From Lingula anatina (Eukaryota > Animalia > Brachiopoda): a DNA stretch of 64,000 bases. The stretch is from NCBI GenBank assembly GCA_051362555.1, contig CM120641.1, positions 1,426,001 through 1,490,000 of the forward strand. The letters run 5' to 3'. The notes under the pieces were generated by a model. The model was not told where the DNA came from, searched no databases, and was given only the letters and a program-made list of their open reading frames with translations. Positions 28,596 to 43,100 of this stretch are shown piece after piece. The stretch's first letter is position 1. The number at the start of each line of letters is the position of its first letter. Position numbers and translations under genes: made by a program.

Positions 28596-31500
28596 GGCTA
28601 CTGCGGCGCTTGTTAACCAATTCAAATTTAAAATACGTGTTTATATTGGATTATTTCGAATATGCAACAGGGAGGGGGTGATAAACAGAAAACGGTCGAA
28701 AATGTCCATTTCAGTAGCCATCCCCTACAATCCTAACAAAAATCTAAATTGCGTGAGATTTATTAGTTACATGTGCAACCCATGAGAAGATTTTCATGAG
28801 AATGGTTATTGGATAGATCTATTTATAGCTCGAGCGGCTTGGAATCCTTAGAAAAAAATATCAATTATCATTACGGCTGCTTAACCCCTGCTCCTAAGGT
28901 CAACAACGAAAGGTGGTCAGATTTTGTTGAAATTGTCTGGCCGGCAGCTGAGAAAATGATCTCAGATGAGAACAAACTCGATAAACGTCAAATATCAACA
29001 AAACAATTTGGTACCGATGGACGCAGAATTACCGGTGCGTGGTTTTTAATCAAAACCACCGCGTCTCCCCAAGTCCAGCGCAGGATGATACACGTTGACA
29101 TGTGTATTCTCTGCGCCTCCGGCAACGTGGAATATCATACATGTGTGAATCTCTCAATATTAGATTTTGAAGATTTTTATGTTGGTGTCAAAATACTCAA
29201 AACTTATTTTAAATCCATTTATATTCTAGGTCTTCAGATTTCTGAGTTAGATATCTTCACAGGTGATGACAACTTGTATGCATACATTTCTGAGGGTCAT
29301 TTCACAAGAGAGTAAACAGAGTCAAGTCTGTTCGTGTAATACATGCATAATTATGCCTTGTCCCCTTATTTGTTTTACATGTATACTATAGCTTCCTCTA
29401 ACAAGAAAACAAATCAATTTCCTGAAATAGACATAAAAATCATGTAAGACACCATAAATCAAAAATAAGCACAGGTACCAATGGCAAAAAATACAGCAGT
29501 ATTTGAAACTAATCGGAACATCGCACCACTAAAAGAAAAAGTACCGGAAGGCAGCAACAGAAGGATCCTGTCATGGTAAATAGGACTTAATACTCTTAAA
29601 CGTTGAATCTTATCTGATCCGTGACATTAGTATCTTAATTTCATTTCACCTTAAACGCTTATCAGTTCACATCATTTCAGGTCGCTGACAAATATAATTA
29701 ACGTAACTCACAGAAACATTGCCTCTAATATCGCGTTCTCAAATAGATTGCAGGCGGACTAACCTCCCCATCTTGGAAACGAAGCCATCTTACAGTAATA
29801 AACGTTTAATTTTACTGGTGCATGATAACACTATGCTAGTAGACAAACTGTTCTGCAGTTGGGGATTTCCGGAAGAGGTCGAATATCTTATTATAAAGAT
29901 TGAAGAGGCACTAAACCTTACATAAGTAACTCGAAACAGCGTACGGGCGTGTGGGTTTGTATTGGAACTCGGCACAAAAGCGACACAAAAGGATGAACTG
30001 ACAAGCGTATCACAGAAAATGACTTTTAAAGCGCACCCAGACTGATAATCTGAGTGTAAAGAGACGGATCACTATTTAATAATGTTAAATATTCACTTCC
30101 TATTCCGGTCGTGTCAGATTCAATTTCAGAGGTTATTTATAACACTTTTAGTACATTGCATTAGGCTTTTGACCTTAACTGCCCCTTGCCCTTTCCAGTG
30201 AATGTGATATATTGGCAGTTTATGCAAATAAACTCTATACTTTTACGAAACACAATTTGTGCAATTTACCTCATAGATATATTCATCGAGTCTCGAGTAC
30301 AGAAAACGGTTAATTTCTACTTGCACAAGAACTGTCATTTTGTATTCGTTGCACTCATTAGATTTGATTATTATAACCATCTATACATATAATATTATTT
30401 CCACTCTTGTTAACACCTATTTGGCAAACACTTCTTCCTAATAGTTCTCAAATACAGACGTGGGCAAAAGATCTCACAGTCTGAGTTTGAGACATTCGGC
30501 ATGAGCTTTTTTTCATACATCTCTTAAGGAGGTGGTAGGCATAAAAAACAACAGCAAGTGCATTGGGTCGCTTAACGTACATCTAGGAGCATTGCGAAAA
30601 AGTAGGCATTTTATCAGACGGATATCTACACGTATTTGACACATCATTTGGATAAAACTGTTTGTTTCTCCCTCAAAAGCGTAGAATGAGTGACACCGTT
30701 CAATAGCCTATTATCAAGATTTGATGGAGATAACTGCAGTGATTCCTTTTAAACGTACAGTATAAGCTTCCCTAGGCTAAAAAAAAAAAGAATGTAAAGA
30801 AACGCGCAGTATGTACGTTTTGGGTGAAGTTCAAACTATTTTGGTCGGTTTGGAGGCGTTGCTTGAATCCTTGAACAAAAAGTTCTAATACCTAGGACTT
30901 AGAAGTACCTACAATTAGTTCGCTCAATAAAGGTATCCCGTACGCTTTGGAAAATGTCCTAATGTAGGGCCACTGAGCTATGAGGTGAATACGAGGCATT
31001 CCCCATTGCAAGGCTGATTGCAATCTAAATTTGGCACAAAATTATTTAATCAGGACATTACAAAACGCCCAAGTGCAGAGACGTATCGAGAAATGGCTCC
31101 TGAGTAGGCGAGTTTCCCCTTTTTCCTGGGGGAAAATTCGATTTTGTTCGAAAATGCCCGATAGAATGTTTTTAACATTGAGCAATATTTGAAAAGGACA
31201 AATGTGAAATGCTGTAATCGCCATAATGGTTATGCGAAGGCATGCATTTGAAAACGTGCTTCGATTTTTGATGAAGCTGACAGAGTAATATCAGAATGTT
31301 TTCAATTTGTGATATTTAGGCTACTTGTATATAAGTAGGCATTGGCGACAGCGTACTTAGAATAACATCTATTTTGCAAGTCAATTTTACAGACAAATCG
31401 AAAATTAATAAAACAGTATAACAGACTTCCCCATCAGCGCCAATGCTATCAGTACATAAGTTAATACGACGGGATATTACTTTTCTGTTCAGAAATAAAG

Positions 31501-34500
31501 TGAAAGATCGGTTCCATATTTACGTAAACATGCCAAGCGGAAAATTCGTCGGGGACGGTCCGACGTGATAGATGTTATTGAATTTCGATTTCAATCGCCA
31601 TAGCAACGCAAAGTGTCGCTTGCTAGGAAATTGGGAACACGCTTTCTCTGGAGAGGAATGTTTGTGGAGTCACGACCTCAATAACTAAAAGACGGGAGTA
31701 ATATATACATTAACAAAAACTTCACTTGTGTAAAAATAAGCTTGTAGCTGCAAGGTGTTAAACCTGCTGTGGCGAGGGAATTTCCACGCGGAGTCGATGG
31801 CGCGTGAGGGTGTTACGTGATCGCGATAAAACGTAGCATTTACTTTGGCGTAGCTCTTTTGTTTTTCGCGCAGTCTTGAATGCTTCACACGTTGAAAGCA
31901 TTACTAGGGTATACACACAGGTGAGTACCAAATATGATGAAGGATTATTTCACAACTGAAACATGGAGTTCCCCTGTTTTTAGAGTCAACTAACAATGAA
32001 GATAAACATGGAAATTTGAACTCCAAACGTCTGGAGGGCACTGGAATCAAAGGAGGAATTGACGCAAAATCAAACACAATAAAAAAACAACTTTGATCTT
32101 TATTTCGTGATTTTCAGCACTTTCGTCGTACATGCTGGGACGTAATGAAGGTTTGAAAGTGGCGTGTTTTTCTGAGATTTGACTACGTTGAAAAATAAAC
32201 AGCAACTCCCGGAAGGAAAACGTCTTCAGGCAATACACGCATCTGGATTACCCCAGATATGACCAAAAAAATCCCTCTTAAAATGCACATCTCAGTAGCA
32301 ATTTGATATTTACATGAAAACGCCAGCGTTTTTGTGGTTTATAATAGCAAAAGAGGCACGCGTGTCAGGGAGAGAAAATAGAAAGCGGATAGTATGCCCT
32401 GTGTCGTCGTTAATCAGGTAAAATGGGATTTGACGAATAAACGACATTCACTACTGGGAGATAGCTGGGCGTCAGAGTTTGGCAGGTCCATCTTGAACTT
32501 TTGACCACTCAATGTAATAAGTGTACCCTAAAAGCCTCCGTTACTTGAGCAGCCCTATTTTTTCAAGAGTAAAGAGAATTAAGTCAAAACTGTGAAAGTT
32601 GAAACTTTAAAAACAAAAACGCACTCAATTAAGCCTCTCATTCTGAGGAAAATATACTCTTTCCAACGTAGAAGCTGGTTTTTATCCGATTTAGGTTTTA
32701 CTATCACGCACTACTTCCACTGATATATCTCACCCCCGCCGCTCTTAGAGTTCACTTTAAATATCAGTGTGATATTATTTCAAGTAATTTTTTCTTCAAT
32801 AAAGATAAAACAAACCTCATTTTAGTCTCATAGAAAACACAACCATACGAACAGTATTTTACATACACGTTTTACAAACCTCGACTAAAATATCAATCAT
32901 ATTTCCAATCGTACACAAGCTACAGGCGCAAAAGGCAACACCCCAGGGCACTGCCGCCCCTTCCTTAAGCTCACTTGGATTTATCAAATGCAACATATAA
33001 AAGTTTTGCCGTTGGTAATCGTTTTCATAAAACAAAACAAAAAATTTTTAATTTTTATTCTAATTAGATATCATGAGAAGAGACGGGATTGCAGGCAGTT
33101 GCATAAAAAACTTCGATGTGCTAACAACTACTTTTGAAAAACGCGTTTTTTCCCGCTTGGCATCACACCTGATCTGACAACGCCACGGTAATCTGTGTAA
33201 GCCTCATGCTATCGAATTCACTTACGCCATAAAATAACGCATTATTAAAACGACCAGGCTCATGAAAAAATTAAAAGCGAGTGGCATATCTCATATAACG
33301 AGTACGCACGACCAAATTATTTTCACTTACCTGGTAAAAGCAATATCTCCTGTAAGTACTGGCCTGGAAGAAAACCTGACTTCACTGGTAAACGGCAGAC
33401 ACACCACACAAATTATCGGAGCTTTCTGGTCCTTGTCATACACCACTTTGCTGCCAGAAGTCAAACGCGCAGTTGATTCATTATCATTAACTTAAAAAGT
33501 AATAGCATAGCTATTGGATATCGCTGAAGTGAAACTGCAGCGCGTGCTTCACCGCCCAAATAAACCCAGCACTAGTTTCCAATAAGACTTCTTTCCTTTA
33601 ATGTTCTTCGCAATAGGTTATTGAATGAACGGTCAGAGGTCATTCCACGGCGATGTGTCTGAGTGTTGCCCTATACCAAAACAGAGTCGTTTTCGTGTTG
33701 TTTCTTTACCTTTGTCATGTCAAATAGCAAAGTCAGAATCATTCATAATTTTGTGCTACTGTGCCACACACTCTTTGGGTCTAAACTGCTTATAGTTGAT
33801 CACGTGGTTTCATTTCCGTCTCTGAGACAAAACTATGTTCTCTAACGTGAAATTAAATGAATTCGAATTATGGATATTTTTTTCCATATTTCGTTAAATA
33901 AAATGACATTGCACTCCGTGTCATTTCAAATTGAACGATTCACACCGAAATATGTTTTCATACACTTTTGACTCCGTCTACTTCAAGCTCAACATGAATT
34001 CTGCTACTCCAATGGGACAGTGGGGATTCGTTAAAAGCTTTTTTGTGAAACAGCCATTTTCTTTCCGAAGAATAAAATCGAAGAACATCTTTCCTTCGGC
34101 GACAATAAAGTAGCCGTTAATCTAATCACGATCAAGACGAGATATTAAGAGAATTTCCCACAAGTTCCATGGCCTGCGCTCTCGTTTTAGGTTAGATTAA
34201 TCGACATTTCATGCAGCAAGTCGTGCAGATTATCACATTCAGTAATGCCCACTTTTATCCTGGGCAGGACAAAATAGATTCAGATACAAAAAAATCCATA
34301 TTTTCTACCACTTTGATGAGGAAAAGATAAACCCCAAATACGAATGGATTATCCCTTCCTACTGGTGATAAAACGTATATGTAATATTACATTCCTAATC
34401 ACAGATACAGAATATCCTAACGGGAAATATTCGGAGTTTTCAATCACAATAATACCTGAGAAATTGAGATTTTCTGGAAGAGAAATCCATACTGATCAAA

Positions 34501-35654
34501 GATACCCTGCTGTTTCAATACAAAAGTCTTTCAGCCCGCCATTTTCAAGCCTCCTGCCCCCAATCCTCTATCACCTTCATCAAAAAAACGAGGCACGTTT
34601 TCAAATGCTTTAATTAGTTATTTGAACCTTGCATTTGGTCGGTAGATTGCCTACAAGGTAAGCCCAAGCCAGGGAACATTATATAGAAATAGGAGCTTAG
34701 CATACCCCAATGAGTTAAGATACGATTTCAACAACTTAGTAGAGTCTGTCAAACACAGAGACGTACAGTGCATGTCGAACTCAGAGAGAACATTTCATCT
34801 CACTAGAGGGGAGAACAGTCAGCTCGAATCAGATCAGACATCTTCTATCTTGCAGAAAGACAAGTCTTAAGCATATCTAAAGTTCAATCCAGTAATTCCG
34901 ATAACTATCATATATCAAGATATAATCAAATCTATCAAACATCCTTATATGGATTATAGTGGATTAAAAAAAAGCTCAAATATCATTGCTTAAGTGTGCT
35001 TTATTGGTTTCGCGACTCAAATCGACTGGTTAATATTCTCAATGGGGGACAACCAGAGTTAATAACTTGGTTTTAAATCATCGTTGATTTCACATTTTAT
35101 CACAAGCAAGTGTATTCCATACTCACTTGTACGTTGGTAATCAGAATCGTCCTCCTGTCTGCAGGATGCCTTTTGGTTCCCTGCTTCAGCGCCGTTTTTC
35201 TTATCCATCAGCCTGAGATACCTTCATCTAAAATATCTACATAGATATGTCGTCCTCCTGTGATATAAGAACTATTATTCCTAATCATCACAATATGTTT
35301 GGCGTCAGTCACCCTGAAGGTCGCTAAACACAACATTCAGCGTGTATATCTCATCCGTTACACCAGGGTTTAGCTACCGTCACTTTTAACGTGTGAGAAA
35401 TTAACGCAAGGGTGGCAAAAAGGAAGTGCAAGCTTCAGCTTCGTGAAGGCTTGAACTGTTAAGTTAAACCTGGTGTGAACTGAACTAATTCAGTCCCCCA
35501 CCCATTACCACGTGCTGCGACACCAAACCCCGCTTCACTGGGGCTACCATGTTATAGCCCAAAACACTCGATACATTGTATGGGTAGACGACGATAGTAG
35601 GAAGTCTATAGCTAAATATATAACATGTAATCAATTTCTAATTACACTTAAATG

Positions 35655-35695
35655 CACACACACACACACACACGCACACACACACACACACACAC
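35655..35695. repeat. (CA)n microsatellite
   Basis: About 20 CA units with one CG interruption. Confidence 0.95.
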
Positions 35696-37531
35696 TGTTA
35701 TTATTATTTTAGTACTTGACTTGGGATATGGTCGATTATTTAGCTTTTGGAAATACAGGACCTACGTATAATTTTAAGACTTAATTTAGGACATTTTATT
35801 CACCATTGCGCAGTGCAACATGTAGATAGATCTCTTATAGGAGAATTCCTCTTGAACATATTTTGATTTTTTAAGAAAACTGGAGCAAGAATAAGAGCCA
35901 ACATAAAAAACTCTTTGATAGGCAAAGAACCTAAAAAATTTAAAAAAAAAAACATGAGTCACCTTTTTTTGCAGTTTTTTTCCTGAAAACAAGTATTTGC
36001 CTTTTGCTAGTCTGATTGTGTAAGTCACCTTCGGCATTCGATAAAGATATTCAAACGTCACTTAGATTAGGCTTGACACACAACAAATACCTCACGTTGA
36101 AGAACACGTCTTAATAAATACACGTCCGTAGTCCCGCCTAGAAGAAACAAAATGCACTTCCCTGAAAGGTCTGAATATCTTTATCGAATACCTAAGGTGA
36201 CTGACTCAGGAATTAAAGCGGTGGCACTTTCGTGAGATTCACAATTAAGGGTTGCTTGGATGTTGGCATAATTTAATGAATTTAATGTAAATCAACCTTC
36301 CTTTAAGGCAGTTTGTTGGTGAATGAAACATTGTAAGAAAAAAAATGACAAAATACAGCACTTTTGTGCCCCTCAGTGCCCGTTCCGTACATACAAAACA
36401 GTGTTTTGTCAATATTTTGATAAACCCGAGACACGCACTCACCTTATATGGGTGATCTGAAATCTCATCCGACAATTTTTTCGACAGTTTGGCACGGCCT
36501 CAAATTAAGCGTACATTTGTAGTCGGTCCTCGAGGGTATTTTGAAACCTCTTTCCGATTTGTGATCCGCACAAGGGTCAGAATCTACACACAGTAAAAAC
36601 CAGCCTTGTTACAGGATAGGCCAATCTAATTGAAGATGTTCTAGAACAAGGAGTGAGACAAGTTACTGAGATTATCTAACCGAGAAAATTTGGTCCAACC
36701 TTTAGAACCAGACAGAAGCCATCGCCTGCTGAATAGTTTTAAATGTAAAAAAAAGGTGTCTGCAAAGAAATAAAAATCGAAGTGAAGTAGTTCTCATAGT
36801 GCGTTTGCATAAAGTTCTTTGTGGACTACTATCATCTGAGACCGAAGGGAAGACACAGGCAAAAAATGCGTTAAATAGCAAGAAAAATAAAGTAAAACAG
36901 GTGAATATGCTTGGTATAAAGGAACTGCTTTAACTCGTGACACGAACGCCGAAACAACATGCACCTATTTCACACGACTCCGAACGTCGTGGATTGCTCT
37001 ATTGGCATGTGTTTTTATCAAACGGTCGTGTCTAGTTCGTTTGTGTATGTTTCATAACAGTCAAATTATTGAATAAATACACTAATGATACTTCAAAACA
37101 CTAAGAAAAATTGTCCAATAAATTTTAATTATTATGGAAGAGGTTATTCATGGTTTCTGCAGTAGGTAGGATGATAAAATAGAATTATTTTTTACTTAGA
37201 TTCTAAATAAAGTAGTGTTTTAAATGCTATTCAGTCTCTAAGCAAAGAACTACTCTATTTTAACAAATTTAAACTAGTCACAAAATCTTAAAATGGCAAG
37301 CCATGTTATTGATAGTATAGTCTGAATAGGGGGAATGAAAAAGCACTTAAGCACAATTTGCATGATATGAAAACGTATGTCGTTCATATGCAGGATCAAT
37401 AAATTAGGTCAAAACAGCTGAATAAAATTAAATAGAGTTAGATATATCCATTCAATCAAATTAAGATTTCAGAAAAGAGAAATAATTTTTTCGATAACAC
37501 ATTCATGGATACATAGCGGGTATAGCATTAT

Positions 37532-40101
37532 TAGGGGTGGGCAAATGAAAGCTTTTTTGGGAAATTTAATTTCAGACAAGTGGATTCTATGGCCATTTTG
37601 CCTGCTGAATACAAATCTAATAAGTATTTTCATTTTAAATTGCATCTGATATTGGTATCAAGTGATTTTTCAAAATGGCCACCAAACGCTCCCTCAAATC
37701 ACATATTTCTCATGTAAATCTTTAAATATCAGTTCAAAGATGGCTTGTTATATGTCTAACCATATGATTTCATGATCAATGAGCGCAAATAGATACATCA
37801 TTTCGGTTGGGTCACTTCATTTTGGGTTAAAAATAGGATTTTTTGGTCATTTTGAGGTGAAAATCACCCCAAACTCACCATTCCTGTGTACATAAATACA
37901 AATGTTTATAAAACATGCACCTGTGGCTTTTAAGTTAGGAAAAATAATATTACAACAAATATGGTCAATATTGTTCAAAGATCACATGAAACTGAAAAGT
38001 TTTGACATATAGAATAGGTATAATGTTAGTTACATACGGGAATATTTACAGTAGAACACTCAGTAGCAGAGCATCAAGGATATTGTTACTCTTTATTGCC
38101 ATCCAGATCCAGATACCGAAAATGAGTTTTTTCCTGTATCTAATTATTCAATAATGTATCTGTCTTTGTGCTGCTTTGAAACAATGAACAAACTCTTGAA
38201 AATATGAAATATCAGCGTTTATATTTTTTCGTTGCAATGTATAAGCATAAGCAACTCAAAACTTTAATCATCTATTTAACAGCTTTCCTTTTTGAGATTA
38301 GTTAACAATCCATATGGGGCTTAACTTCATCCCTGAACAAGATTTTATCACGAAAATTGGCCAATGTACCACAAGGGCATGAGCTACAATCCCATGCCAA
38401 CTTTTTGGTTTAAATGCTTTTGTTATGGAGTTATGAGTCCGTAATGACTGATCTTCTAAAAGCAAAGGTATTACTTTGCTTTATCAACGATCAAATCTGA
38501 ACTAAGGCTTTAAAAAATCGCTGGCAGGGTTTTGGGGTACTAAATGGTGTCATTAAATTGGCTTTGAAATAGTGATCACGGGTGTTCAGGTAAAACAGAA
38601 ATCGGAGAAACCAATTTTTCAGTTTTTACCCCCAAACTGCAACTGTGTAAATGTTAATTAATGTAATCACTGAACACTGAAAATTTATTTATCACCAAAA
38701 AGAATGTATGTAAGGCAGTAAACAAGGAGTTTTGGGTGAACGGTGACGATATCCTTATTATCTTCATTTATAACCTAGTCACACTAGAGGCGGAATGAGC
38801 TAGAATGTAGTCGGAATGAAAATTTCTTGTTTATTCCTGGATATTTGAAGTATCTAAAAATTCTAAGCGCATTCTAAATGTTTGGGTCCATTCTTGTGTC
38901 CTGTTAAAATATTTTGCTCATTCTCAAAACTTTCGAAGTGCATTGCAAGTGGAAAAATATCGAATGGCATTCAAGTGTATTCTAACTGCACTATGAGCGC
39001 ATTCTTAGATTCTTACGAAATTCCAACAGCATTCGAAACATTTTGATCACATTCGAGGGAGAACCGAAATGGCAAGGCGCTTCAAATCTTGTCAGAATGT
39101 TCCACATTGTGCCTCCAATGAGCAGGAATGCAACTCGAATGCATCTTGATTGCAGGCCGGAATTCAGCCAGCAATGAAACCACACTTGTATGGCATTTGA
39201 AGTGCAATCTAAATATTCTCACTATATTTAGACAGCATTAACGATATTCCTTATGTGTTCCAACTACATTCGAGCTGCATTTGAGAGCTAATACAATACA
39301 ACCAAAATGTGCACGAATCATTCCAGGTGGGTTCGAAGCACATTTTGAGGTATTCTTACTGGAATTAAGGTCAATTTGATATTACCCAACGAATGTGGCG
39401 CGAATTTTGAAAATTCTTCATTATGGCTCATTCTGCTTGATTACTTCAGATTCCAAATAAGTGTGACAGGGGGCTTTACAGTGCCTTCTGGTCTCAGTGT
39501 ATTTCTTGTTGATGCTTTCATGGTGGTGGTGATATACCCTTAAACTACGCAACTGAAACTAAGTACTATTCCAAGGTCAAGAGCTTAGAGGTTGTAAGAG
39601 GTTGATGTCACCTGACAAAGTTTTACCTGTTCTGAAGAAAAGGAAAATTATACAGCAAAAAATTTGTTGGTACACATCCATGAAGGTATTTTCAGCATTG
39701 TTTTTATACTAAACTGTAATCCATGAATTCAGCATGTACATAATGGCCATTATTTATATTTATCTCAGGCTCGAAGTGTGTATTTTATGTATATGTTTGT
39801 TTTAAATAACATATTTTTACAGATGTCACCCTAACAATATTGCCAATGTCTTGAATATGCTCATATTTGAACTCAGCAACCCTCAAAACATATAGAAAGA
39901 CGTATTACACATCATTTTTATGTACTTTACTGTGAAAATATGGCCAAAAAGCCCATTTCCCGCCTTTTTTCACAAACAAATAGCAGATACCAATATAAAT
40001 CTTTAGCTTTGGTAAAAAATATTGTCAGATTTGTGTTCAGCAGCAAAAATGGCCATAGAATCCACCTGTTTTAAAAAAATTTTGTCATTTGCCCACCCCT
40101 A
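37532..40101. mobile_element. Non-autonomous TIR DNA transposon (hAT-like TAGGG termini; Academ not excluded)
   Basis: TAGGGGTGGGCAAATGA...TCATTTGCCCACCCCTA with ~100-bp imperfect TIRs sharing GTGGATTCTATGGCCATTTT. Flanking duplication GCATTAT at 37525-37531 and 40102-40108. No intact transposase ORF. Confidence 0.8.
38771..39476. mobile_element. PIF/Harbinger-like MITE nested in the 37.5-40.1 kb element
   Basis: Imperfect termini ..CCTAGTCACACT and AGTGTGACAGGGGGCT. The interior is dense in GAATG, CATTC and TTCGAA words. Confidence 0.5.
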
Positions 40102-43100
40102 GCATTATGCCCACACTCTATGGCGTCATTGAAAAGCGCACTTGCATGAATAGCAATTACTGAAGTAATCACACTATTGGCACCAGGAAAACATTAGCTT
40201 AACAAGATTACCTACAGCCAGAGAGGCCAAGGGCCAATCTTCTTGACTAGATAAAGGATTGGCGCCCTGAAATAGATACGCAGAAGGCTCGGCTAGATTT
40301 AATTCAACAGGCTCCGGGTAAAGAAGTATGGACACCTAGATAATAATGTTAGGTACAATGACACTTCAACGCGGAAATCAACACTGGAAATCTCAACAGG
40401 TTGCGTACAAGGGGCAGTTGTTAATTACCCCCAGTGATACGTAGACTGGTGGAACTCTTCCGCCTGCGCTGCTTACTTGTGATCAACGCAGAAGTTTGAT
40501 GTTCGTCTCGGGAGGCGATGAGAGACAGAGAGATAACTTCATTACTTCCATGCTCCAGGAAAGAAACAGAGCCGGTGTATTGACTTACAACATGAGGTCA
40601 ACCGCGCAGCTCCGGGATAATACTCCAGGAAACGACAGCCACAGGTGTATCCAGACCGTTGACGGGTCAGGTGCTTTGCACTGGAGAAAAACATCGAAAT
40701 TTCTGAGAAGATATAGGGAATGACAGTTCCTCTGACAGCAGCAATATTGAGCCATTTCAGGCATTTGGTGCAGTAATAGACCAGTACTTAGAAAAAACTT
40801 GTTTTCAATTTGTTTAACAGGGGTGCAGGTCAATTTTTTCCTCGGTGGTAATCGGTGAGGTCAACCACAAATTGCTGAGTTTACATGAGAGCCTTGCAGT
40901 TGATTAAAGCTGTAAACATGAAGACATTTGTTATAGTTATTAACTTATGTTTTAACATACAACCTACTTAGGAATTTATTACAAATTTATTACGGGTTTA
41001 GCTTATAGTAAAATATAAGAATATTAAGGATAAAAACATAAATATGTAAGCCCAATAATATACATGTGGTCTTCCGAGGAAAAGGACAAAGACGGTTAAA
41101 CGAAACTGAGGGCCCGTGTAATAGAAAGTTATTGCACCCTCCATTTTTAAAATTTAAAAAAATTTTAAAATTAAAATTACACAAGTTAGGGTGAGCTCGA
41201 CGTAAGTGGGTCAAAACCTTACCTGTGCAAATTGACGGGAACCGGACTTTCTATCATGGGGGGCTTTCTGTCACGTCACACCTGTCATCAACGTTCAATT
41301 GTAATAACAGTAGAAATGCAGAAAAAACTAGAGTTGTTTATCACAATAGTCAAGAGTGCTTCATTTTCGTTTCTTACAATCACTACTCTTGCATAATCAT
41401 TCCACTTCACAGACGGTTTGGTTTTGTCTACGCCCATAAAAGCAACCAAACTCGTGGACATTATATAACAAGATGCCCTGCTTTGTATTCTGTGGACTAG
41501 GGTAATTTTGTTCGAGACTATCTTTGTTCAAATGTTGGTGAATGTGCATCCCTTAGCGCGAAACTGGTGAAAACGTTTTGCGTACCATGATGATTTTATG
41601 TACAGGTTTACGTTTACCAGGGCCCGGCTGTACCCCCAAGGAATCTGTCTTGGTTCCCAAATTATGTGATAAACGCTTTCTAGGCTTTAATTGGAGAATG
41701 ACACGCATAAGGTGGCTCAGATTTATTAAGAAAATTATATGAGAGATCTGAGGTTCAAAAATCATTGTACATTCCCAAAAGAGACGAAAACCATGAAAAA
41801 AGCCTGTAGTTTTTTTTACTGTATTTAAAATCGCGGAAACAGGGTTGATTAGTTTTGAATTAAAACGCTAACACACTGTGCCTGCGGCTCGGTTACACTG
41901 GTGGCTGCATGCCCGTATGCTCTAAATTTATCAAATATTTCACATTTTTCTAAATTAAAAAAGAAAGTAAAAGCAACGTATTATTAAAAATAATTCAGGA
42001 ATAAAGAGCAAATAGAGGGGGGGGGCTTAAATTTCGAAATTACGATCTGTTAAGGATAGACTCGGAATTTAAAATACACGTCGTTTTACTGAATACTTGA
42101 TAAAAAAAAATCCGGAATAAAGCACTGGGGATTGACAAGATGGCCCCATACTATCCGATGATTTCGTGATCATTCTTTCTGTTGACTTTTAACCCTAAGT
42201 ACATAGTTTTGGTAATCGTTTTACTATACAGATACGATTAATGAATGATAGCCTAATAGCATGTTTGAGAGCAATTCACGCCGCTCCTCAAGACCAAATA
42301 CGGTGATCTTTATGCAGCTTAACATTACGTAATTGTCATAAAAAAACGTATTCCCTTACATTTGAACCATGCAAGCAATGTTTACCGACCATATGTGATT
42401 TAATTTGGCTGATAACGTCTCCGTGGCTTTCACATCTGTTTCTATCTTGTTAACGTATGTTTGATTTAATAGCACAATGTGAAATACATGATGTGGCAGA
42501 ATTGCGAGTCATCTTCTCTGACGCAATGCGAAATAACCTGTACTTCTGTTTCTTTGTTCCCCTTGCAAAATACATATAAAAATATGACACAAAATCAAAT
42601 CTGGGGATAATATGATATTTGATCGGTTTATATTTCTGAAAGCCACTAATGCGTATAAAATTACACTTCTCTAAGATGAACGTCGGTCAGTACCACTTGC
42701 CATTATATAAGCACAGTCAACTATTATTGTCCGTTTTTCTTCGAAGTCAAAGTACCCCTTTCCTTGTAAGGGCGGTGATATAATTGCCTGCAATTAATCA
42801 ACTACCAACCAATGACTGATCCTCTTGTAATTGGACTTAGATGATGCATAGACTGGCTGTTGTAACAGTATTTCCATAACACATGCAGGTGAATAGAAGG
42901 GCTTAATAACTTGTTCCTGGTTGGGCAACGAGCCTGTTGGCTAACAAGAAAAGCAACGACAAGATTTTTACATGGTAGCAGTTACGCGAACACTGAGGCA
43001 AAGGCTCCTCTGCCTAGACCTAGCTTTGACCACATTTGCACATTTCTGTGATTTTTTGCTGAAAGGCCGATCGTTTCATCAACCTGATGCACAATTTCCA

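Noticed and set aside
28809-29315. 168-aa ORF
   Set aside because: TTG start, no recognisable domain and no convincing splice context; probably chance.
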